Numbered from the whole stretch's first letter, positions 1 to 12,489 are shown. The stretch is DNA of 63,644 bases, filler included, from Nemertoderma westbladi (GCA_032718475.1; 3 parts of 3 records of this genome joined end to end with filler, not necessarily neighbours in it), one strand, 5' to 3'. Program-made: numbers and translations. The notes: a model not told the origin generated them from the letters alone.

Positions 1-2427
1 CTGAGCAAGGGGCCGAAGTATGCGCTGACGACGCAGGTCAACCCTCGAGTGATGAAGACCGTCGAGGTGGCCTTGGATCGACTCGCGTACGGTGTCAAAT
101 GGAGATACGACATAGAGAATCGCGAACTCGAGACCACGAGTGGAACGGCTAACACCGGGACTACGAGTGGGACGACGGACGCCGGGACCACCAGTGGAAC
201 GACGAACGCCGGGACCGCCAGTGGGACGACGAACGCCGGGACCGCCAGTGGGACGACGCACGCCGGGACCGCCAGTGGGACGACGAACGCTGGGACCGCC
301 AGTGGGACGACGAACGCCGGGACCGCCAGTGGGACGACGAACGCCGGGACCGCCAGTGGGACGACGAACGCCGGGACCGCCAGTGGGACGACGCACGCCG
401 GGACCGCCAGTGGGACAACGTACACCGGGACTACAACACCTGGGACCACACCCGGGACCGCCTCGACAACAACGAAGCCGAAGTCGAAGTTTATGAAGAT
501 ACCATTCCCAGATGTATACCGATCTAAACCACCATCGATCCCACCATTACTGGAACAAGAATTAGACGAACTCAAGGCCGCCATCCTCTCGGTTTACTCC
601 AACTATCAGAGGAAGAACCTTCCACCACGTCACAACCTCAGTCGCTGCGAAAGGGAGGCCGTCGAGGCTATACGAACATCCACCGACATTATAGTCAAGC
701 GAACCGATAAGAGTGGGGGTTTCGCTGTCCTGGACCGAGCTGGGTATATAGACAAGGTCAAGACTGACATCCTAAGTGATCGGGAATCCTATCGCCCGCT
801 AACGAGGGACCCCAACCCGAAGGAATCGTCACGGGTTAAACACGGGATCAAAGGGATACTATGTAAACCCAACCAGCAGTACCTATCCGGGCTACTCGTA
901 ACCCACCAACCACGCGCTCCAGAACTGTACTGTAACCCAAAGACCCATAAACCCGACAACCCCATGAGGCCGATATCATCAGCCTGCGGGTCAGCAGCGG
1001 AGAAACCAGCGTGGTTGCTCTGCCAGATCCTCACCCAAGCGCTGAAATTCGTTCCGGAGCGACTACGGAACACGAGGGACTTTATCGAACGGGTGTCCGA
1101 ACTGCCGCCATTGTCCCCAGGAGATATTATTTTTAGTACTGACATTAAGGCAATGTACACCAACATACCGGTCGGCGAAGGGATAGATGTGGTCACAGAC
1201 TTCATCAACCGGCACAAAGCGGACATCAATATGTTCGGTTTGGATATTACGGATGTTTTTGGGTTATTAACTACGAGCCTGGAATGCTCATTTTTCCATT
1301 TTGACGGCAAATATTACCTACAAATTAAGGGCATGGGGATGGGGAACAGACTAGCCCCACCCTTTGCGATTATTTACGTACATAGTATCGAACTAGGGTT
1401 TTTAGAGAGGTACCACCTTAAACCCGTGTGCTGGTATAGATTCCTGGATGACGGGTGGTCAATTTGGGAGCATGGGGAAGAAGAGTTACGCCTGTTCATG
1501 GAATACCTTAATTCTTGTCACAAGACTATTAAGTATACCATCGAACAGTCGTACACTAGTATTCCGTTCCTAGATGTCCTAACGACAGTCAACCAAGAGG
1601 GTAAAATTGACTTTGAACTATATACCAAACCAGCTAATGTAGGGATAATCCTCAATTACTTTAGTAACCACCCCAAATCTATGATTAACAACACGGCCCG
1701 ACAAGCAGTAGCCAGAGGGATACAATACGGATCGACGGAGGGGGGGAGAAACCGAGGGGTTAGCAAGGTCCGACAGCTGTTAATTAACAACGATTACCCA
1801 CCCGCGATAGTAGATAAACTCATTCATACAGTACTCCACCCACGTAACAACACACGACACCCACCCCCAGCGGTAGGGACCACACCCATACCGTTGGTAG
1901 TCCCCTTCATAAATGAAGACATCAAGAGGCAGGTACAGGCGGTAGTCCACAAGTCCCGGTTAGCAGGATGTACTAGAGTAGTGACAACCCCTGGGCCCAA
2001 GCTACAACAACTTCTCACGAGGTCCACCCTAAACCCACCGAAGTGCCCCGCACCCACACACAAGTGCTTTACCTGTACGAATGGCCCTGCACAGTGTACC
2101 ACTAAGAACGTGGTGTATTCACTCACCTGTAGCCAATGTGGAGAGGTTTATGTAGGCGAAACCAGCACACAAATACGCTCACGCATCTCACAACACCGTA
2201 ACGCAGTCAGAAACATCACAGGGAAAGCCACATCAGCCATGAAGGACCACTACATAAAACACCACCCCAACACTACAGATACACAGAGAGAAATACCTTT
2301 CAGCATTAGAATTCTAGCACGATGTAAGGATTGGGTAGATAGGAAAATTAAAGAAAAATCATACATCAAGGATATACGACCTAAGATTAACACACAATAC
2401 ATTAACAATTTTGACACGGGGTGGTAA
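1..2427 (+). mobile_element. Penelope-like element (PLE) ORF: reverse transcriptase plus C-terminal GIY-YIG endonuclease; 5' end lies outside the window
   Basis: Frame is open from base 1 (LSKGPKY...). PLE RT motifs KRTDKSGGFAVLD, PKTHKPDNPMRPI, STDIKAMYTNIP, GMGMGNRLAP, YRFLDDG, IPFLDV, YTKP. Then a Cys linker and GIY-YIG (NVVYSLTCSQCGEVYVGETS...RISQH...KEKSYI...PKIN). Confidence 0.95.
133..432 (+). repeat. In-frame 27-bp tandem repeat (TASGTTNAG x ~11) inside the PLE ORF
   Basis: Unit accgccagtgggacgacgaacgccggg repeats with the frame preserved. Confidence 0.95.
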
Positions 2428-2658
2428 CGACTCTGTTATAATTATGTCCGTACAGTAGAAATTGGTGCTATGATTTGTGATTTATAGATCGGACCCGGTG
2501 CTGTTTAATAATGAATTAGTTATAGGTTGGTACAGTAGATCTCTGAATGTGGCATCCTAGGTTGCCATGGTGATGGGGCTACCGGTATGTATTACTGAAT
2601 TACTGGTTCTTGTGTGCAGTTGGCAGTCTGTAGTAGTGAGTTTGTAGGTAGGTACCTA

Positions 2659-2696
2659 TCAGTTCGTTAAAGGCCTGTTGGCCGCAATATAACTGA
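2659..2696 (+). ncRNA. Hammerhead-shaped motif with a non-canonical core in the PLE 3' region
   Basis: tcagtt-CGTTAAA-ggcc tgtt ggcc-GCAA-tat-aactga. Stem I and stem II geometry fit a minimal hammerhead, but the core differs from CTGANGA/GAAA. Confidence 0.3.
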
Positions 2697-2760
2697 AATT
2701 TATTATATACACGGTCACTAGTAAAAGATCCAGTTTACACACACCTTAAAGATTTGAAGC

Positions 2761-3460
2761 TATATTGATAATTACATAGTTTTACGTAAGGATAGGGACA
2801 GACACGGTGGTGGTGTCTGTACTTACATTCGATATGATTTAGCTTTTAATCGTAGGGAAGATTTAGAGACTTGTGACGAAGTTTTACTGGTGGAACTTTT
2901 ACTTCCTAAAACTAAACTTATTTTAATCTGTACCTTATATCGGCACCCTAAACAATCAGATTTTTTGCAAAATTTTGAAAATACAATTTTATGTAATCTC
3001 AGGTCAGACTGTGAAATATATTTCTTAGGTGATTTTATATCTGTTACCATCACAAAGCATCCCCCATCTGTGAACAGTACCAAAGTATTTTAAATTTGTT
3101 TGGTTTAAAACAAATTATTCGAGATTCTACCAGAATTACCTGTAAAACTTCTACTTTACTAGATCACATCCTTTGTAATAATACCGATATTATTTCTCAA
3201 TCTGGGGTTTTACCTATAGGTCTAAGCGATCATTTTATAGTTTTTTGCACAAGAAAGACACAAAAATCTTTTTTCGGGGATCATAAAAACAGTAACAGTT
3301 AGGTCTATGAAAAATTACAGCAAGGAACGCTTTTTAAGTTTGTTAGTTAATTCTGACTGGGAACCCTGTTTTAACCCTATTATTACCACTGGGGGGGGGG
3401 GGGGGGGGGGAATCGGCCCCTTCCTAGTTTTTAATTGCTGTATCTATGCAACCACATTAT
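2761..3460 (+). pseudogene. Duplicate of 5162-5863 (APE endonuclease fragment plus left end of the TTAA MITE)
   Basis: Near-identical to 5162-5863, including the TTAA/CCCTATTATTACCACTGGGG junction, with extra frameshift and stop mutations. Confidence 0.9.
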
Positions 3461-4300
3461 TATTACCGGTAACAATACACATGGGTTCATTTGTTCATTA
3501 CCGGTAACAATACACATGGGTTCATTTGTTTATTACCGGTAACAATACACACAGGTTCATTTGTTTATTACCGGTAACAATACACATGGGTTCATTTGTT
3601 TATTACCGGTAACAATACACATGGGTTCATTTGTTTATTACCGGTAACAATACACATGGGTTCATTTGTTTATTACCGCTAACAATACACATGGGTTCAT
3701 TTGTTTATTACCGGTAACAGTACACATGGGTTCATTTGTTTATTATCGGTAACAGTACACACGGGTTCATTTGTTTATTACCAGTAACAATACATGCGGG
3801 TTCATTTGTTTATTATCGGTAACAGTACACACGTGTTCATTTCTTTATTACCAGTAACAATACATGCGGGTTCATTTGTTTATTATCGGTAACAGTACAC
3901 ACGTGTTCATTTCTTTATTACCAGTAACAATACATGCGGGTTCATTTGTTTATTACCAGTAACAATACACACGGGTTCATTTGTTTATTACCAGTAACAA
4001 TACATGCGGGTTCATTTGTTTATTATCGGTAACAATACATGCGGGTTCATTTGTTTATTATCGGTAACAGTACACACGGGTTCATTTGTTTAATACTGGT
4101 AACAATACATGCGGGTTCATTTGTTTATTATCGGTAACAATACACACGGGTTCATTTGTTTATTACCAGTAACAATACCCATGATTTCATTTGTTTATTA
4201 CTGGTAACAATACATGCGGGTTCATTTGTTTATTATCGGTAACAATACACACGGGTTCATTTGTTTATTATCGGCAACAGTACAAACGGGTTCATTTGTT
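3461..4300 (+). repeat. 35-bp minisatellite, ~24 copies
   Basis: Unit accggtaacaatacacatgggttcatttgtttatt, period 35 (3465, 3500...). Confidence 0.95.
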
Positions 4301-5776
4301 TAGTTCTAAGCTGTAGGCCTGCCGACAATAAGACCAAGAAAGATACCGGTACTAGGCCTATACAGTTTTTATCCCTGAGTCAGACTACAGCCAGACAGCA
4401 CAATGTCCCCGCTCTTAATCTCCACAGTTTTCATCGTTCTGGGTCGTTTCGTTGTGGCAGAACCATCCGATCCGCGGGGTAACCCTGCAACCCACCCAAT
4501 ACCCGTATTGGACTGGTTTGCGGAACACCCTGTCGCTACCGTTTCGAACTGCCGCGCCGAATCGACGGAGATGTGGTCGACGAGTGGATTTAGCCTCTAC
4601 TGCTCTCGTCGGGGAAGAAGATCTTGGGTCTCCTCTCCACGATCTAGAGGCCTAATCGCTAAACTCTGTCTACTGTCTCTGGCTGGGGATATTGAGACCA
4701 ACCCAGGACCCAGCAGGACGCGGGCCCCGAAGATCAACTGTCCCGTCTGTCAACGAGGAACAAACTCTCGGAGTAAGATCGTCCAATGCGAGAGTTGTGA
4801 CACATTTGTACATTTAAAATGTTACCGTAGGAAACGCAGTAATTTATTCTCCACCAGAAACAATCTTGAACCAAGTTTTCTCTGCAATAGCTGTATTTTT
4901 ACCGAACTTCCCTTTCATGATACAATTTTAGAATCAGAAACCGACGATTCATTTCTCACATCGCCTCTGCAAACTCCAAGTGATGCTGAGAGTGAAACTT
5001 TTAATTTTTTTAAGAAAAAAGGTCTGCATTTTTTGCAATTAAACGCACGATCTCTGCTTCCAAAACTTTCCGAAATTCGTATTTTAATCAATAAATCCAA
5101 CCCAGCAGTTTTAACAATCTCTGAAACTTGGCTCGATGATAGTGTTTCTGATGGAGAAATTTATATTGATAATTACGTAGTTTTACGTAAGGATAGGGAC
5201 AGACACGGTGGTGGTGTCTGTACTTACATTCGATGTGATTTAGCTTTTAATCGTAGGGAAGATTTAGAGACTTGTGACGAAGTTTTACTTGTGGAACTTT
5301 TACTTCCTAAAACTAAACCTATTTTAATCGGTACTTTATATCGGCCCCCTAAACAATCAGATTTTTTGCAAAATTTTGAAAATACAATTTTATGTAATCT
5401 TAGGTCAGACTGTGAAATATATTTCTTAGGTGATTTTAATATCTGTTACCATCACAAAGCATCCCCCATCTGTAAACAGTACCAAAGTATTTTAAATTTG
5501 TTTGGTTTAAAACAAATTATTCGAGATTCTACCAGAATTACCAGTAAAACTTCTACTTTACTAGATCACATCCTTTGTAATAATACCGATATTATTTCTC
5601 AATCTGGGGCTTTACCTATAGGTCTAAGCGATCATTTTATAGTTTTTTGCACAAGAAAGACACAAAAATCTTTTTTCGGGGATCATAAAAACAGTAACAG
5701 TTAGGTCTATGAAAAATTACAGCAAGGAACGCTTTTTAAGTTTGTTAGTTAATTCTGACTGGGAACCCTGTTTTAA

Positions 5777-7102
5777 CCCTATTATTACCACTGGGGGGGG
5801 GGGGGGGGGGGGGAATCGGCCCCTTCCTAGTTTTTAATTGCTGTATCTATGCAACCACATTATGTACCAGCCCAATTTTTTACGAGAATTAGTCAAATTT
5901 AATGGCGCATCTTTTGCAAAAAACTGTGTGGCAATTCGATTTCAACTTTTCGATGTGGTGCCACCTCAAAATTTGGACCCCAGCAGAAAATTTTTTGAAA
6001 TTTTCGAATTTTACAAGGTCATTTGTGAGTTAGTAATTCTTTATGTTGGGGCTTTTCTTATTGGTTCTGATTCGTATGGAGCACTCCACTACTCTATATA
6101 AGTATATAAGGGAAGTGGTACCGGTACGTCATTTTTGGTGCACTAAAATTAGGGCGTGGCACTTCAAATTTTCAAAATTGCAATATTCGTTAAATACTCC
6201 GAAGTTTTGATTTCAACGCATTTTTATGGGTTTTCTGGCCCTCTTAATCGATTAAAAGTAATATAGAAGACTCAATTCTTAGTGGTACATCATTTTTGGT
6301 GCACCAAAATTAGGGCATGGCAAGTAGGCTTACTTCAAATTTTCAAAATTACGATTTTCAGAAAATACCACAAGGTTTTCATTTCAACCAATTTTTATAG
6401 GTTATCTGGACCGCTGAATCGATTGAAAGTAATATTGAAGCTTCAAGTCTTAGTGGTACGTCAATATTGGTTCACCACAATTAGGGCGTGGTACTTTTTC
6501 AAAATTTGAATAAGTGCCACTCCCTATCTTTTGTTTATTTTCCGAATCTCGTATTTTTCAATATTTCAAGTGCCACACCCTAATTTTGGTTCTCAAAAAA
6601 GGACGATCCACTAAGTCTTCAGGCTTCGATAATATTTTCAATCGATTCAGCGGTCCATAAAACCTATAATAACGCGTTGAAATCAAAAGATAAGTGTATT
6701 TTCCGATTATCGTATTTTTCAAAATTTGAAGTGCCACGCCCACTTCTTTGGTGCACGAAAAAAGAGCATCCAGTTCAATTTTCGGAAATGGAATATAATC
6801 ACATTCGATTCAGCGTAGTAAAAAACCTAATAATGCTAGCCAAGAATGCCACACTATAAGTTTTTAGAATATCAAAAAAATTTATATTTTGTCCTGGGAC
6901 TACTTCTATTTTTCATGAAAATTATTATACCCGCTTTATGAAATTTTCATTTTTTTGGATTTGAAAGTGTTCTTCGAGAATTTTTTCACCTACAGCCCAA
7001 ATTTCGTAGGATTTTATTGGATGGTTACAAAAATACAGCGGGGGGCCGAATCGACCCCCCGCCAGTGCTGCTAATGGTCTAAACACCCCAGTGGTAATAG
7101 GT
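5777..7102. mobile_element. Non-autonomous TTAA-specific (piggyBac-like) DNA transposon inserted in the LINE
   Basis: TTAA at 5773-5776 and 7103-7106. Imperfect TIRs CCCTATTATTACCACTGGGG / CCCCAGTGGTAATAGGT. Internal ~170-bp direct and inverted repeats, no transposase. LINE sequence rejoins when the insert is removed. Confidence 0.85.
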
Positions 7103-7205
7103 TTAAGGCCGCTGACATTAACCTTGCGTTCACTGTTTTTAAAGATATATTACTCAAGGCACTAATACTGTAGCACCAATTAAAGAAATTAGTCTTAAAC
7201 AACGC

Positions 7206-7563
7206 TGTGATGAATCCTGTGAGGATTCTCCGTGACTATGATATTGAAAAATTAACGTAGAATTTATAACAATTTAAATTCCTTCATTATTTACTATTAA
7301 ACAACACGTACAATTAATATTAGTTTTAGTTCAAATCAATTACGAACCATGTATGTTTACTGTAATTATACAGGATGAGATTATACCTCTTGGGGCGAAA
7401 CATATGTTTAGTTACTAGTGCAATTATGACCAAGACACACCGCGATTAATTAATATTGGCATTGGCACGATCACAAATGAATTAGTGATAAACTTTTATA
7501 GTAATAGTACTACTGTATGCACGTACACATTGCTTTCTCAGTTCTACAATAAATTATACTACA
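7206..7563. mobile_element. Solo LTR (358 bp) inserted in the LINE
   Basis: TGT...ACA termini, 5-bp TSD aacgc (7201-7205, 7564-7568), AATAAA near the right end. LINE reading KQR|TEPW is restored on removal. Confidence 0.8.
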
Positions 7564-8932
7564 AACGCACTGAGCCCTGGATGACTTAGGGTATTCTTAG
7601 TAATATCAGAGAAAGAGATAACTATTTGTATAAATTTAGGAAATACCGTGTTTTAGCTGATTATAATAATTACTGCAAATATAGAAACCTTGTCCAACGG
7701 GAAATAAAAAAAGCTAAATCTGAATATTTGTACAACAAAATAAGTGAGAATAAAGATAATCCTAAGAGTCTATGGTCTACCCTAAAATCTTTAGGTTATA
7801 AAAACCTTAAATCTAAATCGAATATTGTTCTGCAAGATAACGGTGAGCTGATTCATGATCATACTCTAGTTAGTAATTTATTTAATAATTATTTTACTAA
7901 TGTTGCCTCTAATTTAGTTAAGAAGTTACCGTTATCAAGTAATAAATATAGTATAGGGTCCGAAACTCTAAATAATTTTTATTTAGAAAAGTTACAAAAT
8001 TCAGAAAAGTTATTTTTAAAACCCGTTTCTGAGGATTTCTTTTTTCAAAATCTACTTAGCCTATCAGCCTCAAAAAGTACCGGTCTAAACCTAGTACCTG
8101 CCCGTTTTCTTAACGATGGTGCTGAAGCTGAAGTACTTAAAGTGCTTATTACTATTAAACAATCCATCCTTATAAGCATACAGCCTCCTCAGTATTAATG
8201 TTGGCACAAAGATTTCTAAATAAAACAATTATTATTAGGTGAGAGTACAGTGCAATAGTACACTGTAACAGTCATTCAGCTTGCACTAAATGTCAATCAC
8301 CTATAAAACATTTTGAATGCCACAGTGTGTAACCTGATACAGATATTAATAATCAATAGACACCTCGACTCCTCTCTGACCACTCTATCCTATAGAACAA
8401 AATAATCATTTCGCTAACTGCTCTCTATCTTCTATATTCTATAATCACAATAGCTTTTATAATTCATTAGATGATTACAACATAATAATTATATCTTGAA
8501 GTTGTCTAGAAAATTTCTCGTAGACCACCGGGACTATACTACCCTCACACTAATTTATTATCAGACAGAACAAAAAGCTTTTACTTGACTCGTACTGTCT
8601 CCTAAGACTTGCTTCACGGGCAAACCAGTTAATGTTTGCTTACTGTCTGGGTTGTAGAGTAGTGGTAATACTTGGCACAGAAAGTACTTCTTTGTTAGTT
8701 GGCCCTTCCTATTGAATGCATTACCAGGCCATCTCTATACATATTTCATGAGTGTCAGCTGGTGTTTTTAACATTGCGCCTATGGTAATTTTAGTTTTTT
8801 TGGGGCTATTTTTCGAAATAAAACAAGTTGAGATGTTTCAATTTAAACCTCGATTTCACAAGTAGACATAGAAATATATTTTCATGGTTCATGCAAAATG
8901 TCATCAAAATCGTTAGAGTCGTTTTTGCTCTA

Positions 8933-10779
8933 CTACTACTACTACTAGGTCGAGTGAACTCGGACAGTGGAAATGAGATTCTCCATAGTTGTCGCAATTT
9001 CGTTTCTCCCAAGTTCAGTATCCCTTTCAAGTTGATCTATACATGTTATGGCCGGTCGTCCACGACTACGCTTTTCATGAGTTGGTTGCCAGAAAAGTAG
9101 ATCTGGTATGACCTCGTCTTTACTTCGCCAGCAGTGCCCACTGAATCTTAATCTGCGTTCACGGAGGGTGGTTGATACAGGCGGTATTGTACCATAAAGC
9201 TCGGCGTTTGTCATGTGTTGTCTCCAGCTGATGTTTAGGGTTGCCCTTAGTAGTCTTGTGTAGCAACCATCAATTCGTTGTTCAAGTGATTTAGTCAGTG
9301 TCCAGGTCTCACCCCCGTATAAAAATACACTTTCCACTGTGGCTCGAAAGAACTTAGTCTTCAGGTGCCTGGAGAGATCTGATTTCCAGATGGTATCCAT
9401 TTTTGATAGAGCTACCCAAGCCTTTGCTTTCCTAACTTCTATGTCCTTTTTGCTACTCTCTATCCATGATCCAAGGTACTGGAAGTCGTCGACCTTCCTT
9501 AGTTGATTATTATCAATGGTTGTCAAGTTTCCATCAACATTAAGTAGCATTTATATGCAATCCAACCTCCTTAGCAGCCCTATCCGCTTTATTTAGTAGA
9601 AGCTGTGCATCTACTAGTGTATTAGAGAGCAGGGCGATGTCATCCGCAAAGTCGGTGTCTGTGACTGCAGTTGCCGGATATCTACTAAATCTGCGTGCTT
9701 GAAGTGTGAATCCCAGTTCTTCACCCTTTGTGGCCGTCCTCTTTGCGTAATCCAGCACAATTACAAATAGTAATGGTGCTAATGTGTCACCTTGCAGTAC
9801 GCCAGCCAGGATTGAGAAAAACTCAGTTTCACCATCTGGTGAGAGTACCTACGCTTCTGTGTCACAATATAACAATCCAATGCCAGCAACAATTACTTCT
9901 GATATTCCATAAACTCTTAGGATTTCAAGCATTTTACCTCTATGGATGGAGTCGAATGCCTTCTTGAAGTCCACAAATGTCATGACTGCGGGGAGATTCT
10001 TTGACTTAATTCCTTCAATCAGTCTCCGTAGTGCAAGTATCTGAGCTATTGTTGATCTACTTGGTCGAAATCCGTTTTGGCTCTTTCGCAGTAGTTTCTC
10101 TATGTGAGGCCCAATCCTATATAGAATCATTTTATTGTATATTTTGGCAGCTACCACAAGCAGACAGATCCCACGATAGTTTGTTGGTATGCCGAGGTCT
10201 CCTTTCTTGGGGAGAGACTTTAGTTGACCTTTAGTCCAAATTGGTGGTGGCTTTTCCCCTTTTAACATCCGGTTGCAAACATTCAATAATGGTCTGTTTA
10301 GCACTCCGGTTTTCCATACCTCCGCTGGGATTTCATCTAATCCACTCGCTTTATTATTGGACATGCTTTTAATGCTTCTTTGGAGTTCGGCAGGTGTGAA
10401 GTCCCCTGTTTGTATAGGTAAGGGCTGACCTCGATGTTTGGTTGCTGCCCAAGCAAGTTGCTGAAGTGATTTTTCCACTTCCCAACACGTTTTTCAGGAC
10501 TATCGGCTTTGAGGCGCCCCTTTGCACAACTTTTCCGACCAGATACCTCATTTACAGTTTGCCAGGTAAGTCTTGATTGTTGCTGTATGTGAGCAGTTGT
10601 AATTGCTTCAATTTTACCCTGTATGTACTTTTCCTGGCTGATGTTGTAGGCCAACTTAAGATCGTCCTTAGCTTTCTCAACCTTGTTAATGTTTTCGGTT
10701 GTTCGGTTTTAACTTTGTAGGCTATCTTAAGATCTTCTCTCTTACAACTAACCTCAGAGTTTTGCCATGGCACATAATT
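8933..10779 (-). mobile_element. 5'-truncated RTE-clade LINE (frameshifted RT) with (TAG)n tail
   Basis: NYRGICLL, QNGFRPSRST, FVDFKKAFDSI, DFADDIALL, FQYLGSW, RLRFSGHCWR. (cta)n on + at ~8930-8947. 14-bp TSD tcgtttttgctcta at 8919-8932 and 10780-10793. Confidence 0.93.
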
Positions 10780-11027
10780 TCGTTTTTGCTCTAGGTCGGT
10801 AGTAAGTAGACAGTAGTCAGTAGTCAACATTAGTTTTTTCTGCCATCAATTATCTTATCTTACATTACAGAAGTATTTCTGCCATCAATTTTCTTACATT
10901 ACAGTAATCAAGTCTAACAACTTGCTAATTATCATTAACAAACTCAACAAGATTTACCCAATCTTATCTAAAGAAAATTAGTGTTATAATTGTTTTATTT
11001 ATTTATATTTATTTAATTGTTCCAAAT

Positions 11028-12026
11028 ATGGCTACATTCTCGACTCGTATGTCCAAAAAGGTGTGGGTAGAGGAAATAGATGGTGAATTTAATGAAGAAT
11101 TTACGCGTAATCAATCTTATTATGTGGATGGTTTCGTGAGATTCCAACCGAGCGGACAGGTTCTTCCTAAAATCTTTACTACGTCGTATCAGAAAGAAAT
11201 ATTTGAGTTTCCTGTAAAGGACGACGATGTTTGGATTTCTTCGTTTCCCAAATGTGGCACGACTTGGACACAGGAGATGGTATGGGGAATTATGAATGAT
11301 GTTGACACGGAATTTGCGAAGATGAATCATGTTGAGAGACGAGTGCCATATTTGGAGTTCTCGAAAATCTTAGGGGATGAGATGTATGTCGAATATATTA
11401 ATGCAACCATTCATGATGGGACCGATGCAACGGTGTTCACAACGTCCACAGAGTTATCCGAATCAAAACCTTCGCCTAGAATAATTAAAACCCACATGTC
11501 CATAGATATGCTTCCGTATGAGATTGGAGAAAAGCAACCGAAACTTATATATGTTGTGCGCAACCCTAGAGACACCTGTGTCTCGTCGTTTTACCACTGG
11601 AAATTGCATAATAAATATATCGGATCTTGGGACACGTTTTTTAATGCTTTCGTTAATGACGTATGTGGCCACTATACCCCATTCTTGCAACATGCGCTTG
11701 GATATTGGCGAATTAGAGATAATGATAACGTCTTGTTTATTACATATGAAGAAATGAAAAAAGATCTGACATCTGTTATTAGGAACACATCAAATTTTCT
11801 TGGTAAATCCCTCAGCGAAGAACAGTTGACTAAACTGAAAGATCATCTTTCGTTTAAAAGAATGAAAAATAATTCTTCAGTTAATAACGTAGAGGGGGGA
11901 GAATTCATAAGGAAAGGGGAAATCGGAGATTGGAAGAATCACTTTAGTAAAGAACAGATTGCGACAATGGATCAGTGGGCGAAAGAAAACTTGGAAGGAA
12001 CTGGGTTGGAGTTCGTTTATGATTGA
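11028..12026 (+). CDS. Cytosolic sulfotransferase (SULT family), single exon, 332 aa
   Basis: 5'-PSB loop SFPKCGTTWTQE, catalytic KTH, 3'-PB RNPRDTCVS, YEEMKKD, C-terminal RKGEIGDWKNHF. ORF is intact from ATG to TGA. Confidence 0.93.
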   Translation: MATFSTRMSKKVWVEEIDGEFNEEFTRNQSYYVDGFVRFQPSGQVLPKIFTTSYQKEIFEFPVKDDDVWISSFPKCGTTWTQEMVWGIMNDVDTEFAKMNHVERRVPYLEFSKILGDEMYVEYINATIHDGTDATVFTTSTELSESKPSPRIIKTHMSIDMLPYEIGEKQPKLIYVVRNPRDTCVSSFYHWKLHNKYIGSWDTFFNAFVNDVCGHYTPFLQHALGYWRIRDNDNVLFITYEEMKKDLTSVIRNTSNFLGKSLSEEQLTKLKDHLSFKRMKNNSSVNNVEGGEFIRKGEIGDWKNHFSKEQIATMDQWAKENLEGTGLEFVYD

Positions 12027-12204
12027 TTATATATCTGATTTGATCATATTTACTATGATACAGACATAAATATTGTTTTTTTATATGTTACTGACTGACT
12101 AGTACGTATCATTTGACAGATTTAGTTTTATAAGATAGGCGTTGTAACCGATATTAAATTAAACAAAGTGTGGCCAGCTGTATTTTCGAGGTGGTTGTTT
12201 TCAC

Positions 12205-12402
12205 ACATTTATTATAGGAACTGTTCTAGGAGTCTTAAAATCGAATGATAAGTTGATTTACCGAAAATAATTTATATTTTTTATTGCCGCAATTGTTGAA
12301 CTAACCCCATCACATATGCGTACTTTTTATCCGGGTAGTGCACAAATTTAGGAATCGCGTAATTTGAGGTTAAGACTAAGACACGTAGAACAGTTCCTAT
12401 AA
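12205..12402 (-). mobile_element. Degenerate relic of the 412-bp hammerhead repeat family (3' part only, with a short inverted end)
   Basis: ccccatcacatatgcgtactttttatccgggtagtgcacaaatttaggaatcgcgtaatt is close to the reverse complement of ~60745-60800. ttataggaactgttcta (~12212) and tagaacagttcctataa (~12386) are inverted. No ribozyme core is present. Confidence 0.7.
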
Positions 12403-12489
12403 CCTACATTAATTGCCTGCATAGCTTTGAAGTACCGAGTTACTTTGAGGTTCTATGCTATAGGAGCAGATTGATGGCAAGACCTTTAA

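Larger units (their letters stand above)
4403..8150 (+). mobile_element. CR1/L2-group non-LTR retrotransposon (2A-like peptide, PHD finger, APE endonuclease, pre-RT region); frameshifted, interrupted twice and 3'-truncated
   Basis: ORF 4403-5704 has LLSLAGDIETNPGP, CPVC..CESC..HLKC..CNSC, LNARSL, ISETWL, RDRHGGGV, LYRPP, LGDFN, LLDHI, SDH. Coding resumes after the inserts: 7107-7205 (APIKEISLKQR), 7569 (TEPWMT) and 7626-8150 (KSLWSTLK, FNNYFTNV, KSTG). Confidence 0.9.
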
